DNA of 64,000 nucleotides from Lama glama (taxonomy: Eukaryota), in NCBI GenBank assembly GCA_028534125.1, contig CM052832.1, positions 17,734,001 through 17,798,000 of the forward strand, given 5' to 3'. The position numbers and the translations under genes were made by a program. The notes beneath the pieces were generated by a model. It saw only the letters and a list, made by a program, of their open reading frames with translations. It had not been told where the DNA came from and ran no database searches. Below, piece after piece: positions 23,255 through 35,960 of the stretch. The number at the start of each line of letters is the position of its first letter. Positions within the stretch are counted from its first letter, which is position 1.

Positions 23255-26200
23255 AGTGTAATGGAAGGACTTTGAATGCCTGAGGTCTTTAGATGTATGT
23301 GTGTGTCCCCCATGTGTCATCCAAAATTTTTCCTGATAGTTATCTTGGGATTTTTTTCTTACTTCATTCTCTTACAAAAGTGAGTGTTCAAATCTAAGTT
23401 AATGGAGTCATTCCAACTTCTAGAGATGCTCATTCAGTATTTCTAGAGCATCTTAATTATATTTATTATTTTTAAAAACTCCACATTTTTTTCTTATTTG
23501 CACTCCTATTTGAGAACAGTATTCTATTTCTACTTGCAAAAAGGCATGTGAATTCATAACATGAAGGCACAGCCAAAATAATACCATCTATCCACAGGAA
23601 CACTGTAAGGAATGCTAACATTTTATCATTTTCTAAGAGTTGCTAGAGGGATATCATTGATTTGTGCATTTGATCATGGCGCTATTACAACATACATGGG
23701 TTGACTGTTATCAGTTTTTTTAATTGAAGTAGGTATGGAAACTGTGGATAAAATAAACTTTAAAGAAAAAGTTGCTACATTAATTTTAATAAAGCCATTG
23801 AGATATTAAGGCCAAACTGTACCCTCACCAGTGTGGCAGTCGTATTATATAACATTCATTTCAGAGAAGGCTGTACTTAGGACTCACTGAGCGAAGGGTC
23901 TGATGCATTACTGCCAGGGACCTTGGTAGCCCTTAGCTGGTAAGAAACAGCAAATAGTGCTCATGTGCTATATAGTACAGAGCAGCAGAAACACTGATGT
24001 AAGGTATGGAAGTTAATTATTTTAAGTTTGTGAGCCACCTAGTTCCTTTTAAAAAGTGTCTTTTGAGGACATTATGAAATCTGAATAGTATATGACCCAA
24101 GTTTTGTTGCATATTCTGTACATTTTACCTACAGAAAGGCAGCAAAGTGCCTCCTCCCTGCTGGCACTGCCCAGGCCAGAGGGCAGGGCACAGTTTCCCC
24201 ACACTCTGCCTTGCCTCCCCAGAGCATTCCCAGGCTTAGGAAGGGGAACCACAGGGAGACGACCCTGCCAGCAGAGACTGAAGTCCCTCCCCAAAAAAGG
24301 ATAAAATGTATTTAAATTACTCTCCTCATACTATTTCATGAATTCTTTGATTGAGGCATCCGTTGGTCTAGGCCTTTGTATCCCACATCTTGCAAAGGCC
24401 CTGTATAATTTGAATTCAGTGACATATTCTAAAACTATGAAAAATAGCCCCTTATTTCCGAGAAACCCCATGTTCTGTAGAAGCTCACTCAAATTCACTG
24501 GGAAAAAAGTTAAATAATAAATATAGTGCATATTAATTAAAAAGTTGTATATGCCTAAACTTTACAAATAGCCATCTCATTATGAAATAACTGTCATACA
24601 ATTCTGAATTGTGAATAATAAATGTAAACATCCCAGAAAAATTTAATCTGACAGTCTGTCCCTTAGATCCCCACTCAAGCTCAGTTTGTGGTGTACATTT
24701 ATTTTGGGGTAGGAATGCTGGTTTTGTATATATTTAATGTCATGAACAGTGTATATTTCCATGGAGATTAGAGCTTTGACAGTGTCACAAATCACAGAAA
24801 TGTTTATGTAAATGCAGGTTTTCCCAAAACATACCCCAGTGCAGGTAATCACACTTGTATTTCAGAGTGGAGACGTAAATTACCACCCAGTTCCCTATCC
24901 TGACAGCTAACCTACGTCGTCCTGTGCCTGGAGCCCCCTAAGCTGGTAATGCTCATGACACATGATCTTAGAACAGAAAGGTCATTTGGCAACTGGAAAT
25001 GATGGTTTGGCAAATTATACACATGGTTAGGAGTCTTTCCGTGTCCCTGATAGCATCTCAGTATTCACACTTGAAACCAACACTTGGAAAATTTTGACAT
25101 CATAGTGATATTAATACATACTAGTATAAAAAATTTTGGAATGCTGTTCACCCTCAATGGTGACAAATTTCCCACTCACCATTATTGTTCAACAACATCC
25201 TGATAGTTATACCTTAATGGTCACTTTAAAATCCCTCCAATGAACGTTCTTTGGTGCAGAAACCCTCAAGGTCTCGTGAAGCCACAGAGCCTATTGTTCT
25301 GGCTGAGCAACTGCTTTTCTGCTCTTAAGGACACACAAAAGCACTGTCGCAAAACAGATTTATTTCCTTTAAGTAAACACTTGAATGGCATTTGGATGTG
25401 TGTATTTTGTGAGAATAAATCACAGATAATAAATGTCTCTGGTCCCCTGCTACAATTAAAAAAATCATTTAAGATACCAAAACCCACAAGTTCAATATTG
25501 TTCTGGAACAGTTTTCAAATGGTATCTAGACACTCTGCCTTCCCAAACTGTCCATGCTTTTATCTATAACAGATTACAGGATGGTATAAATTGCCACCAA
25601 AATTATTTGGACTGTTTCCTTCTCAATTCTCACCAACAATTGTGGAATGGCTGCAGTGATTGTACCCTGAACTTGGATAGATTATTTTATCGCATTTGGG
25701 TTTAGCCTCTGGAGTTATGCCCTGGAGCACTTCATAGATTCTTCCAGGCCTTTTGTCCTCAGAACAGCACAGTGGGAACATCATCAGCTCAGGTGATGAG
25801 TGAATGCAGAAATGCAAAAAGTCAGTCAGACTCACATGAAACGTAATTCTTCATGGGCACAAGATTTACTAACGATTAGCAAAGGCTGCGTACCCAGAAT
25901 GACAGCCCGTGCAATGTCCTCTAAAAACATTGCTACATCAGTAATCAGTTTATAGCAATACCTGTAAGACCCTCATAGTCAACAGTTACTTTTTGCCAGG
26001 GTTCTCTCCTGACCAGGGTCACAGAGGAGGGAGGAACAGCTTACAACTACAACCCTTTCCTTTGCAGGTGACTTCTTATCTGATGCTTGTGTGTAGCATA
26101 GTTCAGCTTTTCCCTGCCTTTTTAGTATTGTAGTGTATTTGAAAACCTAATCTGGCAGACTCCAAGAACCAGCATGTACGGAAATATCTTGGGAATGTGG

Positions 26201-26654
26201 TTTACTGGGATGGTGGGATCTGTGTAAATGCAGAAATGTGAAGATGAGTGATTCCTGAATCAAAGGGATCAGGGGATAGCATCCCGGAGGTAACTGTAGG
26301 GCCTGGACAGTTTTGCTCCTTTTTAAACAATCTAATCTATTGATTTACATTGTTTGGTGTATTTATTTTAGCCATCCTGAACTGAATGAAACCTATGAGA
26401 TCTTTAAAAACTGCTGATTCTTCTGATGAGGTGACCATTTCTGAGGACAGTTTTAACTCCTTTTGAGAGTGGAGCCCTGCAGCTGTTGTACCTGTGGCTT
26501 CAGTCTCAATGAAGCATCCTCGACATTCCTAATAACTGGGTTATTTGAGATACTAATGATCAATGGGATGTTACTATCAGTTGTCAATGTCTTTCCCAGG
26601 AACCCACTCCTGATTCTGTGTTAGTAGGTTACAAATAGTGCTTACCAAGTATTT

Positions 26655-26833
26655 ATTTTTTTATTGATTTATAATCATTTTACAATATTGTGTCAAATTC
26701 CAGTGTAGAGCACAATTTTTCAGTCATACATGAACATATATATATTAACTGAGACTTTTTTTTCTCAGTAAGCTACCATAAGATCTTGTGTATATTTCCC
26801 TGTGCTATACAGTATAATCTTGTTTACCTATTC
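26655..26833 (-). mobile_element. Short young L1 3' end
   Basis: TTTTTTATTGATTTATAATCATTTTACAAT.TTGTGTCAAATTCCAGTGTA, the same family as at 41825 and 60454; TSD TACCAAGTATTT at 26643-26654 and 26834-26845. Confidence 0.85.
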
Positions 26834-27299
26834 TACCAAGTATTTTTAAGACCACATTTCAGGCATTTGGAAATTGTTTGTTAACCAGTCTTGCAAGATT
26901 CTCTTTGGAAAGTTACTATATTAATTTATCTACAGAAATGTGAACTCTGTTTTAGTATATTTGAAGGGAGCATCTTGGCCAACAATGTGTCATTTTTAGC
27001 ATGAAATCAGTTGCTCTCTGGATTTACAACCTGTCTTGGAAAAATCATCTGATACTTCCCAAAGAATATTTCTTCTCATATTCCTCCACAGCATGTTACA
27101 CTTTGACTTGAGTTTAGATTTAAATAACATATGCATTATGTTTTTGTTAAATCCTATATATTAATGTATTATTATACAGACATAAACATATATACACACA
27201 TTTACAAAGCATGCACTCCACATTCAGTCTATTGTAGGTCAATTTCTTAACTCTTTATGAAGATAAATAGTAGAAGGATATATGTTTCCTTTAGCTCTG

Positions 27300-28120
27300 T
27301 ACTACTTAGAAATTACATGCTTACAAATGATGTAATTCCAATGTTTTCTGAAATAAGTACTCTAAAAAATTCCTTCATGTCCCTTCCCAGTAAAAATCCC
27401 CAAAGGAAACCACTGATCTGCTCTCTATAATCTTAGTCTTTTGATGATCTAGAAATTCATAAAATTAGAATCATAGGGTATTCATGCTTTGACCTCTCAT
27501 ACAACAGAAAGGTTTTGAGGTCCTTCCATGCTATTGCATGTATCAACAGATTGTTCATTTTTATTGATGAATGGAACTGCATTTTGTGACTTATCACATT
27601 TTTTCCATTGTAGATTTTTGCATTGTTGTTAAGTTTTGTGCTACAATGAACAAAACCACTGTGAGACTACTCTTGCACAAACCTTTTTTCTGGACATTTG
27701 TTTTCATTTTTCTTAGGAAAAGATACAACAGTGTAAATACTCTATCATAGAGGATGTATGTTTAACTTTCTAAAAAATAGCCAAACACTTTTTCAGAGCA
27801 ATTGTATCACTCTATATTCCACAAGCGACACGTGAGGGTACCAGTTGCTCTGCATCTTTACTAATATTTGGTATTATCAGAGTTTCTGTTTTAATTTAGC
27901 CATTTTAGTGATTATGAAGTGGTATTTTGTGATGTTAATTTGCATATACATGAAGATGAAAACACTGAGCACATTTTCATGTGTTTTTCGATATGCATAC
28001 ATCTTATTTTGTGAAATGTCTGGTTTTAGCTTTGTGCTCACTCTTCACCAGATTGCTTGCCTTTTTATTATTGACTTGTACACATTCATTATATATTCTA
28101 GTCCAAATTTTTATATGTAT
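27300..28120 (-). mobile_element. Old L1M 3' fragment
   Basis: Antisense L1M text (AACCACTGATCTGCTCTCTA...TTTAGCCATTTTAGTGATTATGAAGTGGTATTTTGTG). Confidence 0.7.
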
Positions 28121-28411
28121 TGATTCATGGTTTTGTTGAATTTTAATTAGATGTGGCCAACTTGAAAAGGAGGAGAAAAGATGATTTGAAATGTCAAACA
28201 AATTATTATGAAAATTAAATTTTAACTATCATCCAGCTAATCATCAGTATCATATTTGGGGCTTTAATAGTACATAGTCTCAAACTCCATCCCTGGCAGT
28301 TTTTATTGGGTAGGTAGGAATTTTTAAATTAATTTAAACATTTTACTTCAAGAATGATTTATTTCTATTAACTAAGTAAAAGAAATAGCATTAGGAAAAG
28401 TCACTGTCACC

Positions 28412-29332
28412 TTACTTTCTGGACACAAACCTCTTCAGTGCACCTGTTACATCCTTATTTCTCAGTGTGTAGATGACAGGGTTCAACATGGGAGTCACCA
28501 GGTTGTAGAAGAGGGTAAGGAATTTCCCTTGGTCCTGAGAAGAACTATTTCCTGGTTGCATATACATATAGATAATATTCCCATAAAACAAGGAGACTAC
28601 AGTGAGATGGGACCCACATGTGTTGAAAGCCTTCCTTCTTCCGGCGGCCGACTTAATCCTCAGCACTGCTAGGGCAATGTAGCTGTAAGACATCAGGATA
28701 AGTGACAGGGGCACCAGAACAATTATTACTGATAAGATGAAAACAGTGCTCTCCACAGCCACTGTGTCCACACAGGCAATTTTTATCAGAGCTGGCATCT
28801 CACATAGAAAATGTTTCACCATACATCTCCCGCATCGTGGCAGCTTCATAGTCACTGGAGACATAACCAGGGAGTTGAGGAGACCAACTCCCCAGGCCAC
28901 AGACACCAACTTCCAGCAGAGCTGAGGGTGCATGAGGACAGAATAGTGGAGGGGCTTGCAGATTGCAGTGAAGCGGTCATAAGCCATGACTGCCAAGAGA
29001 ACACATTCTGTGCCACCCAGTCCCAGGAACATGAAGAGCTGGATGGTACAACCCGTGTAACTGATAGTTTTGTCTGGGCTGCCTAAGTTGAAGAGTAGCT
29101 GGGGGATCGAACTGGTGGTAAAGCAGAGATCTAGGAAGGACAGGTTGGTGAGGAAGAAGTACATGGGTGTGTGGAGGCAGGGGTCCAGGCAGGAAACCAA
29201 GATAATGACAATATTGCCCACTAAAGTCACAAGGTAGAAGATGAGGACAAACACAAAGAGGATCTGCTCTAGCCTGGGTCTGTCTGAGAAACCCAACAAG
29301 ATGAACTGTTCCTGGCAGCTCTGGTTGGTTAT
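28412..29332 (-). pseudogene. Olfactory receptor 2W (OR2W2-like): open 306-codon frame but ATA at the expected initiator position
   Basis: All OR motifs present ([44 protein letters not shown]). The frame begins ATA-ACC-AAC-CAG-AGC (x-T-N-Q-S, N-glycosylation site) with an in-frame TGA five codons upstream; the first true ATG is in PMY. Confidence 0.8.
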
Positions 29333-32300
29333 GACAGTGGATAATCAGTACACACCTGCAGGGAAGCAGATAGGAGTGCATCATGTTCTTAATGAAGCAG
29401 GCTAAGGAATCCATAGAATCAGAAGGCTTATACCAAGTGATCATGCAAAATAATACATAAAATTTCACTATTCTGTGTAGATATAGATTATATACTTTAG
29501 GAAGAATATCTCTTTTTATTGTCTTCTTTTTTGGATACAAAAAATTACAGATCATTGTACAATATTTAGAAAACACAAACATATGTAAAGGGTAGGAAAA
29601 GATTACCCACATCCCAGAAACAATCACTACTGCAATATTGATTTATTTCTTTTCACTCTTTTCTTATGAGCATATGTAATTTAACACAACCTAAATAATG
29701 GTGTGTTTATACATTTTATATTCTAAATTTGCTTTCACAATTGTACATTGTGAAAATTTGCTTTGATTTTAAAAGTTCTACAAAAAATAATCATTAATAT
29801 CTGCATAATATTGCTATAGCTTTGTCATCATTTTTCTAATCATTTCTCTGTAGTTAGTTATTAAGGATATTTCCAATATTTTAAAGGTCTTGCTAGAAAG
29901 ATTATAAAAGTACCTGTTTTACTGCATTCTAACCCAGTATATTTTCCCCTAAATCTTTGGCAATTGTTTGGTTCCCCCCAAATCTCATATTGTTTAAATT
30001 TGATATTACCTATGAGGTTAATTAATTTTTTGATGTTTATTCATTTATTGCATTTGTGAAAACATTTGTCACTGAGATCATAGGAAAGTCTATCAATAGA
30101 ACTCAAAAGTGACTCTTTGCATACCAGTGCAAATAAAGGTAAAGGCTGATTTTATTTTTACTTATCAGAATTAACGGCACCACCTTTCAATTTATACTTA
30201 ACAATTAAATCCATAACAACATATGAATTCTTTTGTAAGTGATGTGATCCTTATTTCTACTTTATCCTTTATATGAAGTTCTTATTTTCCCTGCCTCCAA
30301 CTATATTCTCACATAGTTCATAAAACTGAAATTTTATGTTCAATAAATTGAAATTTTATGAAGACACAATTATGGAGTTTTCAATGAATATTGTATTTTA
30401 ACAATTTCTTCATTTTATGAATGATGTTCATAATTATATTTTTAACTGGATATAACTGAGGCAGACTTACAACTTTTTAAGTGACAAATTATAAAATAAA
30501 TATAGTCATTGATATAAATAGAAACTTATATTTATATAAAATGATATAATAAAATTATAAATATGTAGAATGATATAATTCCATTTATATCATTTATAAA
30601 TTTATATGATTTATAAACTTTAATACATTGACAGAGAATACTATTATGTTGCCTTAAAAATATGCTGTTTTAGTCTCCAAGAAAGAACTAATTGTCAAAT
30701 AAGAAAAAAATCCAGGTAAATCAATTTTTCATAGTTAAAAGCAATGGATCTATTCAAAAGTCATAAACAAATGCTTTTAAAAACTTTAATATGTACAGGA
30801 AAAATCTCAAAATCCTGTCAGTAATTCCTCGAAGCAAAGATTCCCTTTGACTGCATTATATAATTGAAGAAGTAAAGGTTTTAGTTTCATTCGAATGTGT
30901 CAAAAGCACTTCCAAAATCAGACAGTTTAAAACACTCTAAGAGGATTTTATGACCTTATGTGTAACAGGACATTTCTCAGCACCTCAAATTAATAAAGAT
31001 GTTTCCTGTGCTGTATCTACAGACTATGGTGCTTGACTCAGAGACTTTTGCTCAGTACTCTATGTATTGTCCCTTTAAATCATTACCTCCCAGGGCTGAT
31101 GTGATTTACAGTTTTCAGTGCCACCTCTCCCTCAGGTGCTTAAAGGGCTTTGTGACTCTACCAGTTACCACTTCAAATAGTCACTGTAACTAGTTCCTAC
31201 TATAACTAGTGAGCTTTTCTCACCAAATAAGTGTAATATGAGATCCAGGTGGGACAGGTGAGAGCGAAGGGATCACATCTCCATCGCCACCTCTACACCA
31301 GTACTTCATACACACTGATATCTTTACACACCATTACACGTTTGTGAACTGCACACCATAAACTATGTTTTAGGTGTTAGTTATTATGATTATAAACCAT
31401 AAAAGACAGGTCTATGTTATACATGATCAAGAAGAGAACTGAAAAAGACAGTGCATTTTGAGTATAATTACTAGCAGTGTTATTACTAAAGACTAAACTG
31501 TTTTACTCAGTTTAAATTAATTAGAGTTGCATAGGTGGCCTGAGAAGAAAACTTGACTGGAAGTTATATTCTAAGTGATTTTAAAAGGCCTCTCCCAATA
31601 TTGATACAACCTTAGATCAGAGAAGTCAAGATATGACCTTAGGAATAAAGATTACTGAAAATATTTATATTAATAAATAATTGCATATTCAACAAATATT
31701 TATGAAACTCCTATTACTTACCAAGCTCTGTATTATATGTCAGAGATAAAAGATTTCTAAGATAGTAATTTACTTTATTGATTTGTAGTCTAGGGGAAGA
31801 AACAGACATTCATCAAAAACTCACACAAATTAATGTATAATGACTATCAATGATATTAAGCCCTCACTTATTGCCTAGAATTGTGCTAAGTATTTTCTTG
31901 GACTGTCTTATTTAATCCTCACACCTGAATTTGAAGGTAGGCATTTAGTAACTTACTGAGGGTACACAGCTGGGAAAATGTAGATGTGGAATTCAGATCC
32001 GTGTCTGACTCTCAAATCAAGTTTCTAAACACCATGGGGCTAAAACAGAAAGATAATGTATTTATTTATGACCCCAGTTGGATGCAGTTGAGTGCTCTGA
32101 GTCCTTTAATCACTGATTTATTCCCAATCAAATGAGAATGTCAAAGAAGTCTATTTAAGATAAGTTAAGAATATGTCACCAAAATTCAGTTTTCTTAAAC
32201 AAATTAAAAAAACAGTTATTAATTAGTTCAAAGTTTGCTGGATTTTAAGTAAAAAATAATAACTTCAAACATAACAATGTTACTGACAAAGTTATGCTAA

Positions 32301-33829
32301 AAATAGTCTTTTTGGGAAACATTGATATTGTAAATACAACCTAAAACAATGATTGAAAAGATTATAATTGAAATTATTAGACAGTCTGACATAATTTATT
32401 TTCCATAATCACAGAGTAAAAATAGATAAAATATGCAAAAAATCTAGATGCATTTTAAATATTTTAAATCAATAATTACAACCAGAAAATATATTATGTG
32501 GCATGTGTGTATATACACACATGGATACTATTAGTCATTCTTCTATTGGTCACTGTTGTTTTTAAAATTTTTTAAATCTATTTTGTTTGTTTATTTCTTA
32601 CTTCTTGAACATTACTTTTCATTAGGTGTCAGGTGGGTGGAAATGTGCTCAGACATATGGGGAGAACTGTGATTTTTCTCTTACTCAATTTTGCTAATCT
32701 GCTTCTCCTTTACCTGTTATTGGGCTTAGAGTTGTTAGAAACCTAAGGTCAATTTTGACAAAGCATGAGTTTACTGCTGACAAAAGCCAGGAGGTATATA
32801 ATAGGAGGAGAAGTGGAAGGAAAGCAAGAAGTAGTTCTAAATGTGGTGAAGCAAGGTATAGAAGTTTGAGTATATCGTAAAAGTTACACAATCAACGGAA
32901 GAATGACAATAACAATAAACTGATAGTATAGGTAAAGCACCTACAACAGACACTAAAATTGGTAGATCAAAGGATCAATATATAAGTACATGCCTAGAAT
33001 TAATAAATTGAGCTTAAAGAGAAAGAGTTAAAAATTTCATCCTTGAAGTGTACAAACTGGTGTTGGAAGACACTATATAAAATTATTTTTGCTGTTATTG
33101 GCAGATCTTTTTGTACTTATTCTTGCTTTAACTTTTGCATATATTATTTTGATTAAAATACATATTACATTTAAATGCATAATACATTTAAAACAAAATT
33201 TACAATTTAGTTACTTAGAAAAATATAAACATAAAATATACAGCTCACAGTAGTATATCGGAACAATCGTCCAAATCATGGCTCTCCCCTTACCAGTCTT
33301 ATGACCTTGGTCAAGATATTTAACTGCTCTGTTTTCAATTTCCTTTTCTGTGAAATAGAAATGGTAAAGTACACATCTCACAGAATTATTGTAAGGATGA
33401 AACTATATGTATAATTATATTGGATACCATATTGAACTGTAACAATGATTTTCATTAACTTGATCTCTTTCTCTCTTTTTTATTCCATTAAGTCTCTTCT
33501 ATTCCATTGTGAAATGGAATCCAAGAAAACATTTCAAAATTGATATGGACAAAAGTATTAAATGCTTCTAGTATGTCACACAAAGAAAATAATAATATCA
33601 AGAATAACTTGTATTACCAAGCACAGATCTTGAATGTTAGTACTTCTCATATTTTAGATCCAACTTACTTCAAATATTATTCTGATACCATCTTTACACT
33701 TGACTCAAATACCATTCATATGCTGATGCTTATCAATTAAATAGCTCTTAGATTTTTATTCTGAAATATAGATCTGCACATTCAACTTTTTCTGAATATC
33801 TTTACTTGAGTGACCAACAGATAATTGAG

Positions 33830-34030
33830 AAAGAGGCAGCAGTCTGGTAATCAGCCCAGACCCTGAAGCATGGTTTCACATCCCAGCAATGCTATTGAGT
33901 AGCTCAGAGACCTTGGACAATTTACTTAAACACTCTGTGCCCAATTTTATAACCTGTAAAATAGGCATAATAATAGTTCCTAATTCAAAGGGTTGTTTAA
34001 GGGGTTAAATAAATTAGCTTTCAACATGCT
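33830..34030 (+). mobile_element. MIR SINE
   Basis: Core GACCTTGGACAATTTACTTAAACACTCTGTGCCCAATTTTATAACCTGTAAAATAGGCATAATAATAG. Similar MIR cores near 33290, 34450, 43610, 59830 and 61800. Confidence 0.75.
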
Positions 34031-35149
34031 TATATTTTGGTAAAGACTTCAAGCAAAACATATGTATACTTTAAATTTGTTTGTTGAATTACATACCAGG
34101 ACTTTCTCAGTCTGTCAGGCAAACTGACTCTGGACATGACCAGGTACATCCCAAACCCAGGGACAACAAAGCTTCAGTTCTCATGTAGATTGTTAAGGCT
34201 GTGGGAAATTGTTAGGCTCAGAAGACCAGACAAATTTAAAGAACTAGTATGAAAATTTGGATATGAAGTAGGTTCTGAAATTTAGGAACATGGGATGCAA
34301 TGTGCTGATGGATGACTCTGCCTTGATGATGCTCTCCCACCGTTAATCTGTCTCCATGTTCTCACTTTTACAAAGGCAGCAAAGAATAGTAGGTAAGTCC
34401 ATTTTGGGTAGATCAATCTTCATTTGAAGTAAGGCTCAGCCCTGGTTTGTAGCTATGTAACCTTAGGCGAGTTATATTCACATGAGTATCCTTAACTGTC
34501 CAGTGAGATGACAACAACAGCAACAATATCCCTTATCTGGGGTAAAGATAAAGAAGTTAATTTGTGAGATATTTGTTATTCTGCCTAATATATCATATAC
34601 CCAAAGATTTATTATTATCACAGAAGTTATATTCCTTGTAAGTGCTCCTGGCCACATGTGGCTCGAGAACTGCTGGGTTTTAGAGGGTTGCTTTGTTGTG
34701 TTTACATGCAGTATCTGTGGTTCTTCATCTCCAGTCATCAGTTTCATCAAAGTGGTATACTGGAACTAGAGCAGTGAAGCCCACTGTGTCATTTAAATAG
34801 AGTTAGTGAGTGAGTGGCCTTATTATAATTGTTGGGAGAAGAAAATGTCTGTTTCAAAGTCCCCTTTGTCTTATTTGCACTTTTATAGTCTTATTTTTTC
34901 TATTACTATCTGTAAAAATTAATATTGCTTGTCTTCCTAATTTTTAAATTTCTTTTTCATTAATACTCTTCTCCTTATTTATAATTCATTCATGGTTTCC
35001 AGTCTAGTCTTTATTCAAAAGCTTTTGGCAGTTTAGTCAACTGTAGGTGTCCTACTTGTACAGAATGAAAGCTTGAGGTATATCTAGGGAAAAATAAAAC
35101 ATGAGTGTCTACCATACAACTGACCCCATGCAAAATTCTGGGGATAATG

Positions 35150-35960
35150 TGACAATATATAGATGATCCTTGCCCTCATGGAGATTATAGTCCAAAGTGG
35201 AATTCAGAGAATAATATGGCAACTATAGTAGAGAGTGTGACATATAATGTGATTGGAAGGTGTATAGAAATAGATGGGGTACTAACCTATAACCCAGGGA
35301 ATGAGGGATGTGTTCTTGGAAGAAGTAGGACCTCAAGGTAAGAGCTTTAACATGAGAGGACTAGAGTCAAGAAAAAGAGTGTCACATGGGGGAAGTTGAA
35401 ATAGCTTGTTATTGTGCAGCGTGATGAGGGAACGAAATTCACTCAGACTGGAGATATAATCAAGGCTAGTGTATGCTTGGTCTAGTAGTTCATGTTAAGG
35501 AGTTCTGTCTTTATGTTAAAAAAGAGAGAAGCATTGAGTTACATGACTGAGTTTGGATTTTAGAACTTACTCTGGCTGCTATGAATTAGAAAAGAGCAAT
35601 ACTGGAAAGTGGGAGACAACTATGAGATGGCCGCAGATCTCTAGATGAAAGATGTTGGTGATCTGCTACCCTGTGAAAGCTGCAGTAAAGAAAAGCGTAC
35701 AGATAGCCGGACGAGCGATGCTAGAGAGAATCTGCAGCACTGGGAGATTTATCAGATGAGAGATGGGAGGATGGTGAAGCAGGGTCTTCAAGTTTATGTC
35801 TGTATGGTTGCACAGTTGCTTAATAAAGTCGGAACACAGAAGGAAAGGGGGTACCTTTGAATTGTGGTGATAACCAATTTAATTTGGGGGCCAAGTGAAT
35901 ATGAAGTTTCTACAGAACCTCTTAGTGAAAAGGTCCATTAGGCAGATGGACATCTGCATC
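35150..35960 (-). mobile_element. LINE-2 fragment
   Basis: Antisense L2 text (CCTTGCCCTCATGGAGATTATAGTC...TTTTAGAACTTACTCTGGCTGCT...AGGCAGATGGACAT). Confidence 0.65.

Noticed and set aside
23113..23275. CRISPR-like array
   Set aside because: Two adjacent diverged units with no spacers, derived from OR coding sequence in a mammalian genome.
28480..28575. Gene conversion between the two OR2W genes (identical peptide YMQPGNSSSQDQGKFLTLFYNLVTPMLNP, also at ~50320-50405)
   Set aside because: The DNA differs at many third positions, which indicates purifying selection rather than recent conversion.
28977..29627. 216-aa alternative-frame ORF overlapping the OR 5' end
   Set aside because: Off-frame shadow of the OR plus AT-rich intron; non-ATG start and no domain signal.
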